A stretch of DNA of 64,000 bases, from sequence record PX393110.1. One strand, given 5' to 3'. The stretch's first letter is position 1. The number at the start of each line of letters is the position of its first letter. A program made the translations under genes and the position numbers. This DNA is from a phage. Below are positions 56,527 to 64,000 of the stretch, in pieces. The notes under the pieces were generated by a model. That model was not told the origin of the DNA, did no database searches, and was given only the letters and a program-made list of their open reading frames with translations.

Positions 56527-57485
56527 TTAGTCTTCTCCATATGTTTAAATCCCTGGATCATGTTCTTAGCCACGTTATCCCAGGTACAATCTTTAACCTT
56601 ATCAGCAATCTTGGTTCTGTTAAGCTTAAGGAGTATTTCGTCCCAGTTTATCTTAGAGCCAACTATGTGATGCTCCACAGATTCCAGACGATCTTTAGGA
56701 ATAAGCCCTTCCTTAGTTACTATCAGAGCTCCGCACCGAGCCGCTTCCAGGACAGTAAGGCCTAACGACTCCTTATGAGTAACTATGAAGATGTCGCAGC
56801 ATCTGATTAATGCAGCGAACTCCTGACTGCTTACTCCTCCACGACGATACTCCTCAACACTTATATTCTCCTCGTCGATAACGCATAATCCATTATCGGT
56901 AAGAGTGTAAGATACGTGAGGAACCGGAATATGCTTAAGGTTCATCATCATGGTTAGGGAGTAATCGAAGTCCGACAGGTCAAATAGCGGATGGTCTACG
57001 AATATCCTAAGTACACCATCCGACATCTTCTCTGGGTAGAATAGCTTATCATCAGCTGCCCACCCTACCTGCCAGTTATTATCCAGATGCCTTTTCAGAC
57101 GACTCGGATTGTCTAAGTACTTATAGGTATCGTCCCGAAGAGTGAAAGTTACGTCTACCTGTTTACAGTCTAGCATCGAACCATCATAGATATGGGTAAC
57201 TAATCCCTTAAAGTGCTTCTTAAGGTATTCTCCTATTTCTAGAGGAATCTGAGTAAACGGACGTACTCCCACATATAAGATATGATCGCACTTCTCTTCC
57301 CGAGCTATTTCTAATACTTGATCAGCATAGACATGAGGATTAACCGAATCGTGGTACTCTGGCCATAATACTAACTCTACTCCATTAGCCTCCAGAGCGC
57401 CTCGGAGATGATATTTCCACATGGTACTGAAGTTAGTTATCTGATGTGAACTACCAGGACAATTTGCTATATACAGTAACTTCAT
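56517..57485 (-). CDS. GT-B fold glycosyltransferase (GT4-like)
   Basis: 322 aa; ESLGLTVLEAARCGALIV matches the E-x7-E motif. Confidence 0.65.
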   Translation of the reverse strand: MKLLYIANCPGSSHQITNFSTMWKYHLRGALEANGVELVLWPEYHDSVNPHVYADQVLEIAREEKCDHILYVGVRPFTQIPLEIGEYLKKHFKGLVTHIYDGSMLDCKQVDVTFTLRDDTYKYLDNPSRLKRHLDNNWQVGWAADDKLFYPEKMSDGVLRIFVDHPLFDLSDFDYSLTMMMNLKHIPVPHVSYTLTDNGLCVIDEENISVEEYRRGGVSSQEFAALIRCCDIFIVTHKESLGLTVLEAARCGALIVTKEGLIPKDRLESVEHHIVGSKINWDEILLKLNRTKIADKVKDCTWDNVAKNMIQGFKHMEKTKCR

Positions 57486-58086
57486 TCACCCATTCCTCAA
57501 CAGTAGTTTTACGAGTCCCACCAATCCCTGATAGCGACTGTATATTTATCTTTTCTGTAGCCGACTTAATTAAAATAGGAAGATGGCTAAGGTTATTTGG
57601 TACCCCACCAGATACTCTTGGTTCTGGGCTACCATCTACCCCAACCAACAAGAGATCAGTGTGACCCATATGATAAGCTAATCCGATCGCCCCATAAGCG
57701 CTATTCCCGGAACTGATTACATCAGGATCCTCAGATAACCCAGGAACTGCTCGCCATCTCCACAGCCACCATAGAGGAGTACCATAGATAGGCTCCTCCC
57801 CACGATGTTCGTCCCGCTTAAGTAAGTGTGCTTTATAACCAGAATATAGATGCATATCTGCTTCGTCCACAGCAAGGTAATAACGAGTACCCATCCTAGG
57901 ATTCTGGATACGGCATAGATTAGCTTGGCTAGGATCCAGAGTAAAGAAGTAATTAGCTCTGGGTAACCACTCTATGGCACCATTAACCGCAAATATCGGT
58001 ATCTCATGTGGAGGAGTGAATCCTCTTGCCGATGGTCCATCTGCTACAATTATGGCAGGTCTTCTATACTTAGCCTCTCGAAGCAT
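57451..58086 (-). CDS. CstII/Maf-like (GT42/DUF115 superfamily) putative glycosyltransferase
   Basis: ADGPSA ... SSGNSAYGAIGLAYHMG ... LLVGVDGS layout; paralog of next gene. Confidence 0.45.
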   Translation of the reverse strand: MLREAKYRRPAIIVADGPSARGFTPPHEIPIFAVNGAIEWLPRANYFFTLDPSQANLCRIQNPRMGTRYYLAVDEADMHLYSGYKAHLLKRDEHRGEEPIYGTPLWWLWRWRAVPGLSEDPDVISSGNSAYGAIGLAYHMGHTDLLLVGVDGSPEPRVSGGVPNNLSHLPILIKSATEKINIQSLSGIGGTRKTTVEEWVNEVTVYSKLSW

Positions 58087-58586
58087 GTTATTTTAGTCCT
58101 TCTGGTACAATTGATTATAGTAATACTATCTGGAAGGTATCTCTGGACCAAGTAATAGTCCTCAATCCATTTAGCAACTGTTTCAAGATCTGGATTAGTT
58201 AACCCACCAGTATGATCTCCATGGAAATGGCTACCATCTGAAATATCACAGTCATAGCCGAGAAGTACTATCTCTTTAGGAGCAAATACGCTGGCCAAGA
58301 AGATAGCTTGAGCGCCCGAGCTATAACAACTATTCAAGTAGAAGAACTGTTTTACATCTGGGTGATTCTCTACAGGAAGATGGCTGTACTTAGAGCATGT
58401 GCTTGGGACATTATTATAATTATGCTCCCACCAGATAGGATCGAATCCATAAACTATATTGGGAGGTCTGGATGAGAACATGGCGTTATTAGCGCTAATA
58501 ACCAAGTCGGACTTACTAGCAAGTAGTAAATAATCCTCCTCGGTTAGAGAAGGACCGCTAGCTACACACATTATTCTCTTTATCAT
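58050..58586 (-). CDS. CstII/Maf-like (GT42/DUF115 superfamily) putative glycosyltransferase
   Basis: ASGPSLTEEDY ... YSSGAQAIFLASVF ... LLGYDCD layout resembles CstII-type sialyltransferase. Confidence 0.5.
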   Translation of the reverse strand: MIKRIMCVASGPSLTEEDYLLLASKSDLVISANNAMFSSRPPNIVYGFDPIWWEHNYNNVPSTCSKYSHLPVENHPDVKQFFYLNSCYSSGAQAIFLASVFAPKEIVLLGYDCDISDGSHFHGDHTGGLTNPDLETVAKWIEDYYLVQRYLPDSITIINCTRRTKITCFERLSIEDLP

Positions 58587-59290
58587 AAGTACTGTCTAAC
58601 CTCTGGGCTAAGGACCGTATCCATAATAGCTGAAGTGCATTCCCCATCAACCCAGTCACCAAGTACTTCAGTAAGTGCTGAGTTAATTGCGGTAGTCATG
58701 TACTCTTTAAGGAGTAATGCCTCTTCGTTAATGTAGTCGGTTACGTCCTTAACGAAAGTAGCTACCGACTCAAAAGCACCATCCAGAGTATCCTTAAGTT
58801 CCTGAGCCTTAACCAGAAGATCTTCGGTATCGTCCAGGCCCAGGAACTCCTCAATGCTGTTAGCTGCTTCCCCAACGGCCTCTGTGACTGTATTCAGTGC
58901 TCGTTGGCCAATACCACCCACGATACCCATCACAGAGTTAAATGGGGTACATGCCGTAGCTACACCGAATTTATCCATGGCTGCTGCATAGTTCTTGGCT
59001 ATGTTAATTCTGGAGTACATGTTCTGTACAGATTCATCACCGTAGGCAACTAGCGTAGAGATGCTGGATAAGTTACCCTCCATAGCTATCTGGGCTGCGT
59101 TGATATAGGCTGGATCTATACCGGCCTTATTAAGAGCTTCTGCCTTAAGTGCCGAAGGATTCTGTAGCTGGCTTAATCCGCTAACTACAGACTGGGTTTT
59201 CTCACCAGCTACAGCGCCTACATCGCTGAGTGGGTTAATAGTACCACGGCCAGCTTGCAGAACCTGGAATACTTTATTCTTATCAACCAT
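58583..59290 (-). CDS. hypothetical protein
   Basis: 235 aa; GGAG RBS; immediately downstream of terminator. Confidence 0.5.
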   Translation of the reverse strand: MVDKNKVFQVLQAGRGTINPLSDVGAVAGEKTQSVVSGLSQLQNPSALKAEALNKAGIDPAYINAAQIAMEGNLSSISTLVAYGDESVQNMYSRINIAKNYAAAMDKFGVATACTPFNSVMGIVGGIGQRALNTVTEAVGEAANSIEEFLGLDDTEDLLVKAQELKDTLDGAFESVATFVKDVTDYINEEALLLKEYMTTAINSALTEVLGDWVDGECTSAIMDTVLSPEVRQYL

Positions 59291-59305
59291 CGTTAAACTC
59301 CATAC

Positions 59306-59333
59306 GTAAAAATAAGGGAGACCGAAGTCTCCC
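59306..59333 (-). terminator. rho-independent terminator
   Basis: 7-bp stem GGGAGAC/GTCTCCC with CGAA loop; minus-sense U-tract TTATTTTTA. Confidence 0.7.
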
Positions 59334-59382
59334 TATGATTATTTTATTCTAGTAGATTACATGTACCAGTATCTAATAAGCA

Positions 59383-59649
59383 TTATCTTTGTTCATCGTA
59401 CTTCTCCAATGTATAGTTACCGCTGCTGCTGGGGTAGAGGTGAATAACTCCTTCAGGAAATCCCCTGTGACCTCTTAATTCGTCTTCGGTCTGAGGAGCT
59501 TTAACGCAGTCTTTAGGGCTAACCCTATATAGCTGGCATAACCTGTGGAATGATATATGATGCATATCACCATCGGCACTTAACACAGGACCTGGGTGAA
59601 CTACATATTTAACCATTATTTTATCCTCAATGATACCGACATAGGACAC
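59383..59649 (-). CDS. hypothetical protein
   Basis: 88 aa ORF. Confidence 0.45.
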   Translation of the reverse strand: MSYVGIIEDKIMVKYVVHPGPVLSADGDMHHISFHRLCQLYRVSPKDCVKAPQTEDELRGHRGFPEGVIHLYPSSSGNYTLEKYDEQR

Positions 59650-59664
59650 CCGAAGATGTCCTAT
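59641..59664 (-). promoter_or_regulatory. conserved intergenic stem-loop (ACATAGRGCACC family)
   Basis: 8-bp stem ATAGGACA/TGTCCTAT with 8-nt loop. Confidence 0.4.
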
Positions 59665-59670
59665 AGCTTA

Positions 59671-59925
59671 TCACTGGTTCAGAACTGCCACGATCTTTTC
59701 TGCCACCTGCTCCAGAGTATCGTCGCTATCATAGTCGAAGTCTGGAATACTGTCTTCCATACCCAGTTCATCTTCAACACGCATGATGATCTCCACTTCA
59801 TCCAGAGAATCTGCACCTAACTGCTCACCGGTAGTAGTTTCAGTTACTTCCAGAATATCAACCATCATGATGTCAGCTACTGCAGATCGCAGTGCATCTT
59901 TAACCTGTTCCAAAGTTACAGACAT
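59671..59925 (-). CDS. acyl carrier protein homolog
   Basis: 84 aa acidic; LGADSLDEVEIIMRVEDELG matches ACP phosphopantetheine-attachment motif; start shares one nt with ligase stop. Confidence 0.75.
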   Translation of the reverse strand: MSVTLEQVKDALRSAVADIMMVDILEVTETTTGEQLGADSLDEVEIIMRVEDELGMEDSIPDFDYDSDDTLEQVAEKIVAVLNQ

Positions 59926-61868
59926 TATTCAGCTCCAATGATTTTACGGAATTGATCTTCGGTAACGATCTTGGTACCCTTAGCTTCGGCAGCCTTAAAC
60001 TTACTGGACTGACTTGGTTTATCGCATACCAGATATTCTGCGTCGCCGATACCGACTTCGACTACGCCATATTTGATCCAGGAGTTAACCAGTTCGCTAC
60101 GAGGCTTACTAAGCTTACCAGTTAAGCAGATCTTGAACTTTCCTTCCGGAAGCGGTTCCTCTACCTTAGAGGCCACCCAGTTCAGAGGAAGATTCAGCAC
60201 CTTCAGGATTACTTCCTGATTCTCTACAATCTTCTTAGCTACGGAACCCATGCATGCATCATAGATTGCCTTACAGATTTTGTAGTCCTCGGTATTGACC
60301 TGGATACCGTCATTAACCATGTCGTGGAAGCTATTGTTACGCAATACACGAATCATCTGGTCGCGAGTCACCGCAGTGGCAATACGCACTCCTGTTGCAT
60401 AACCAAGGCCATCCGTCCAGGTACAGGTCAGCATGTGGTCCATAGAGATAGGACGATCCTTCATATTGAAGAAGGACTGACGAGTAAGCTGGAGAGGGCC
60501 ATCGTACATCTCTACCATACTGAATACTGGATGAGATGGACCAGTCTCGATGATATCGTTCAACATGGCAACATCATCTAGTTTAGCCTGCTCGGCAAAC
60601 TTGTTGATATTCGTCCCACCGAGACCCTTAGGAGCGAAGTCACGGATTATCGTACGAATAACCATCGGGTCTAACTTAGTCTTGATGCGAATATGCACGC
60701 CATCCCAGAAAGTACGTACCCCATCGACGAATTCAGGAATTACCGCAGTGACGGGTTCCACGACTTCTTCGATATGAGGAATTACCTCGTTACGGCGACT
60801 GATCTTGATCTTAGCACCAGGTCCGATACCAGCACTCTTGATGTACTCAGCATTCCATCCGGATGCATAAGTTACATTAACTCCACTCATGTCTACCGTC
60901 TCGAACTCAACAGTAGGCACGACTCGGCCGTAACCACTAACTACCCAGTGTACCTTAACCACGGTAGTGTCATAGAATGCTGATTGGTACTTGATCTTAT
61001 AGTGGACAGTATTCTTGCCCAGCATATTCTCATCCCAGTCAACATTCAGAGATCCCAGAACTACGCCATCCAACAGGTAGTTGCAGACCGGATCTTCGCG
61101 GAACTTAGATGGTGGGTTAGCCACTAGCCAAGTATTGACATAACCAGCAGGAAGAACGAAGTACTTAACTACTTTGAACCCAGCCTTACTTAAACATAGT
61201 AGCAGCTGGTTGTAGTCATCCATCCATGTCTCGTGATCCACATCCTCGTAGAATGCAGTTACCGAATATGCAACCACATCCAGCAGTTCCATTAATGCAG
61301 GATCACTGTATTTAGCCAGAGCAATACCAGAAGCAGCATTACGCTGGTTACTGTACTCGTGGCTGATCCGCTCGAACTTATCATCGGGAATAACGATTTC
61401 GCAGCGGACTTCTTTAATACCTTTAGGAACCTGGCGAGGAAACTCGGCACACTCCAGACTCTTCGTGATGTCCAGACCAGTGACGCCGTCGTGACGAGTT
61501 AAGCCACGGACGAAGTTACCGTCGTAGTCGTAATACAGAACTACCGAGATGCCGTCCAGTTTAGCCGAAGCGACGAATCCCTTAACTTCTTCGTGACCAT
61601 GGAGGAAGTTAAATCCCTCTTCCACAGCACCGATCTTAACCTGGTCAAGACCACCCACGAATGAACCATGTGGGCACTTAGCCAGATGTTCAGCAGCTTC
61701 GGTTACTCCCCAGCCTGGGGTAGTGAGGAGTGGGTTAGTAGGATCCAGCTCAGCTAATTTCTCGGTAAGAGCATCGAACTCTTCGTCCGTAATAATGGGC
61801 TGGTCACCATTATAATATGCATTAGCCGCATTCTTAATTTGCTCTATCAGAGCAGCGACTTTTTCCAT
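59925..61868 (-). CDS. ligA: NAD-dependent DNA ligase
   Basis: 647 aa; KLDG adenylation motif in context colinear with E. coli LigA; C-terminal BRCT-like region. Confidence 0.85.
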   Translation of the reverse strand: MEKVAALIEQIKNAANAYYNGDQPIITDEEFDALTEKLAELDPTNPLLTTPGWGVTEAAEHLAKCPHGSFVGGLDQVKIGAVEEGFNFLHGHEEVKGFVASAKLDGISVVLYYDYDGNFVRGLTRHDGVTGLDITKSLECAEFPRQVPKGIKEVRCEIVIPDDKFERISHEYSNQRNAASGIALAKYSDPALMELLDVVAYSVTAFYEDVDHETWMDDYNQLLLCLSKAGFKVVKYFVLPAGYVNTWLVANPPSKFREDPVCNYLLDGVVLGSLNVDWDENMLGKNTVHYKIKYQSAFYDTTVVKVHWVVSGYGRVVPTVEFETVDMSGVNVTYASGWNAEYIKSAGIGPGAKIKISRRNEVIPHIEEVVEPVTAVIPEFVDGVRTFWDGVHIRIKTKLDPMVIRTIIRDFAPKGLGGTNINKFAEQAKLDDVAMLNDIIETGPSHPVFSMVEMYDGPLQLTRQSFFNMKDRPISMDHMLTCTWTDGLGYATGVRIATAVTRDQMIRVLRNNSFHDMVNDGIQVNTEDYKICKAIYDACMGSVAKKIVENQEVILKVLNLPLNWVASKVEEPLPEGKFKICLTGKLSKPRSELVNSWIKYGVVEVGIGDAEYLVCDKPSQSSKFKAAEAKGTKIVTEDQFRKIIGAE

Positions 61869-61898
61869 CTTTGTTATTCCTTACGGTTGGATTGACAC

Positions 61899-61930
61899 TT
61901 TAACAGCCTTTTAGCACCCTAAAAGAGCGG
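61899..61930 (-). promoter_or_regulatory. conserved promoter-like motif
   Basis: TTTAACAGCCTTTTAGCACCCTAAAAGAGCGG, 30 nt upstream of ligase start. Confidence 0.5.
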
Positions 61931-61932
61931 AA

Positions 61933-62706
61933 TTAGCGATTCTCAGGTTCTACGTATTCCAGACCAAGCAGCTGATACAGTTCTTCCTCAGAGGAATTAG
62001 TATCCACACGTTCACCGGTCTCTACATTAAACAGGCCATACTCATTAAGAGTCATGCCCATACGCTTAGCCACCGAACGCATGTGTACGTTATTCTGCAT
62101 TGATCCTGTGGAGTGAAGTAAGCACGCGTTCCAGGATTCTTCTGGACAGATCTTGATATCAAATTCCATACCAGTATTAGTATGGACGAATCGGATCTTT
62201 TTATCCTTACCATACAGTTCCTCCATACCGGTAAGACGGAAAGCATGGCGAACTATTTCTGGAGGGAAGGTAGTAAGCAGGTCTACGTCGCGAATCCACA
62301 TCTTACCACGACGTACCGAACCAGCTGTAGAGATACGACCAGAGCTACCCTCGGCAAGACTCAGTTTGGTCACTTCCGTTAGGTAGGACTCAATGATATC
62401 CTTAACCTCAGTGGAGTAAGCAACACGACCTTCTGGGACTTTAGACATAAGTTCAATGAACTTAGGAGTCATGGTGCCATACTTAGCGAAGGCTTCTAAC
62501 TCGCTAGCAATCCCAGCACCTATCCATGGGATTGTAGTGAAGTTCATCTGGGAAGTTACACCATACGGGTAATCATCCAAGGAACGGGCTGCACGATCAT
62601 ACGCCCTAACATGCCACACGGAATCACCATGGGCTTTCTTAAGCTCGGCTATTTGGCGAAGGTGGCGAACAGCATCAATACGGAAGGTCATCCTAACAGG
62701 CTCCAA
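61933..62706 (-). CDS. DNA polymerase X family (Pol beta-like) nucleotidyltransferase
   Basis: GSVRRGKMWIRDVDLL nucleotidyltransferase motif; C-terminal region colinear with Pol beta thumb. Confidence 0.7.
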   Translation of the reverse strand: MEPVRMTFRIDAVRHLRQIAELKKAHGDSVWHVRAYDRAARSLDDYPYGVTSQMNFTTIPWIGAGIASELEAFAKYGTMTPKFIELMSKVPEGRVAYSTEVKDIIESYLTEVTKLSLAEGSSGRISTAGSVRRGKMWIRDVDLLTTFPPEIVRHAFRLTGMEELYGKDKKIRFVHTNTGMEFDIKICPEESWNACLLHSTGSMQNNVHMRSVAKRMGMTLNEYGLFNVETGERVDTNSSEEELYQLLGLEYVEPENR

Positions 62707-62856
62707 AACAGAGTTCTAAAAGTGGCGAATCCGCTGATAATGATGGTGGCCAACACCACCATCCAGAAATACTTTTTAGGGATATTCCAGACCAGACGAC
62801 GGATCACCGTGTGCATTGCTGTGGTGAGTAATTGATCAAGAGTCGGAATTTTCATT

Positions 62857-63228
62857 TTATCGTACCTGAACTTGCTCTAGACCCACAATTCCTTCCAGGC
62901 TCGGAAGGAGCATCGACATCAGCTTGATATAACGAGCTGTGTCGCCTTCGCTAAGATCAACACACCAGAGATTCGGAGAACCGAAGATGCCTGGCCACTT
63001 AGGAGTGCGAGGACCGTATGTAACCATCAGGCCAGTATTAGCTTTTGAGGCTTCGTGGATTTTAGCCTTCCACTCATCATAGACTTCTGGGTTAGCTTTA
63101 GGATCCATCACGAAATAGGCGAGGCAGTGACTTCCCTCCAGATAAGTGGAGTTAGACAGCATTGTACGCTTACCAGGCTGGTAAGAATCAACACGACAAA
63201 CGGTAACGTCTTTTTCTAAGTTAGTCAT
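62857..63228 (-). CDS. hypothetical protein
   Basis: 123 aa ORF. Confidence 0.45.
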   Translation of the reverse strand: MTNLEKDVTVCRVDSYQPGKRTMLSNSTYLEGSHCLAYFVMDPKANPEVYDEWKAKIHEASKANTGLMVTYGPRTPKWPGIFGSPNLWCVDLSEGDTARYIKLMSMLLPSLEGIVGLEQVQVR

Positions 63229-63406
63229 GATAGAGTTCCTTATGCGAAGTGGAAGATAGCAACAACAGCAGCCCAGAATGCAAAGCTCAGACCAAATACC
63301 AGAGCCCAGCTGTAACGATCTACGAAGCGGATGAGTTTAGTTGACATTATTTTCTCCAAAATTAGATTATACTAAGTTAGTGGACTGGAGCCGCCGGAGC
63401 CGCCCC

Positions 63407-63435
63407 ACCCAAAAGAACGGGCTTTAAACCCGTTC
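63407..63435 (-). terminator. rho-independent terminator
   Basis: 7-bp stem GAACGGG/CCCGTTC; minus-sense U-tract; adjacent GAGCCGCC direct repeat. Confidence 0.6.
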
Positions 63436-63461
63436 ATAATTCGTTTATTTGAAAAATAATT

Positions 63462-63704
63462 TTACCACTGCTCGATAGACTTCTCTACTGCTTGTGGAAA
63501 GAGAGTCTTAGCCTTTTCCATAGCCATCTGGGATGGTCCACTATGATCCCAATTAGGCAGCAAGTGCATCTCAGTAGGCTTAGGAAATAGACCACGTAGC
63601 TTATTAACACAGCTGGCGTAGACAGCATCAGAGCGAGTAAGGTGCTTGGCACGGATGTAGTCGTTATACTGCCGTTGATCTTTGGCGAATACCAGAATGG
63701 CCAT
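63462..63704 (-). CDS. hypothetical protein
   Basis: 80 aa ORF. Confidence 0.45.
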   Translation of the reverse strand: MAILVFAKDQRQYNDYIRAKHLTRSDAVYASCVNKLRGLFPKPTEMHLLPNWDHSGPSQMAMEKAKTLFPQAVEKSIEQW

Positions 63705-63994
63705 TATTTATAATCCCTAATTAATTTTAAGATATCTTCGTTTAATACAGATGCGAGGTTAGGCTTATCTTCCAGAATACGTTTAGCATTCAGGATCTCA
63801 GACTTCCTCTTAGATAGAGGCTTATCCCGATTAATGAGGTAAGCCAGTTTCTCCTGGGTATCGACTAAGATACCAGTAAGAGTCGGATGGAACCACTTAA
63901 CCTGCTTGTCATATGCATCCTGTTCAGTGGTTCCGTGGAAGAGTAATCCTTCACTCACCAGCTTAAGGCAGGTAGAGATGTTTGCCATGTTCAC
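63704..63994 (-). CDS. hypothetical protein
   Basis: 96 aa ORF; start overlaps next gene's stop. Confidence 0.45.
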   Translation of the reverse strand: MNMANISTCLKLVSEGLLFHGTTEQDAYDKQVKWFHPTLTGILVDTQEKLAYLINRDKPLSKRKSEILNAKRILEDKPNLASVLNEDILKLIRDYK

Positions 63995-64000
63995 AGAATT

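Noticed and set aside
1-64000. CRISPR arrays, integrase/attachment sites, transposases
   Set aside because: No spaced direct-repeat arrays, no recombinase-like ORFs and no IS-like terminal inverted repeats seen; the gene content is that of a virulent phage

Overview
This window reads as a densely coded segment of a large virulent myovirus-type phage genome with no integrase, CRISPR array or convincing tRNA. A central ~40.5 kb plus-strand late module (about 1.5-42.0 kb) runs small and large terminase, portal, scaffold/protease, major capsid, neck proteins, tail sheath and tube, a tape-measure protein with a GH19 lysozyme-like domain, baseplate proteins, a tandem array of five to six tail fiber/tailspike genes, and a lysis cassette (GH19 endolysin, holin-like protein, embedded spanin pair). 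It ends at a bidirectional terminator near 42.0 kb. Both flanks (1-1.3 kb and 42-64 kb) are minus-strand early/DNA-metabolism genes: dUTPase, dCTP deaminase-like, DEDDh exonuclease, NAD-dependent ligase, a Pol X-family polymerase, an acyl carrier protein homolog, four putative glycosyltransferases, and NADAR, DUF4326-like, RyR-domain and SleB-like proteins, plus many small unknown ORFs. The minus-strand operons are punctuated by a conserved promoter-like motif (8 copies) and a second family of conserved stem-loops. The most interesting candidates are the glycosyltransferase + ACP island next to the ligase/Pol X pair, the NADAR/DUF4326/RyR candidate counter-defence genes, a ~530-bp structured non-coding region, and mosaic tailspikes including a sialidase-like one. 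All calls rest on reading the sequence and remembered family motifs; no searches were run.
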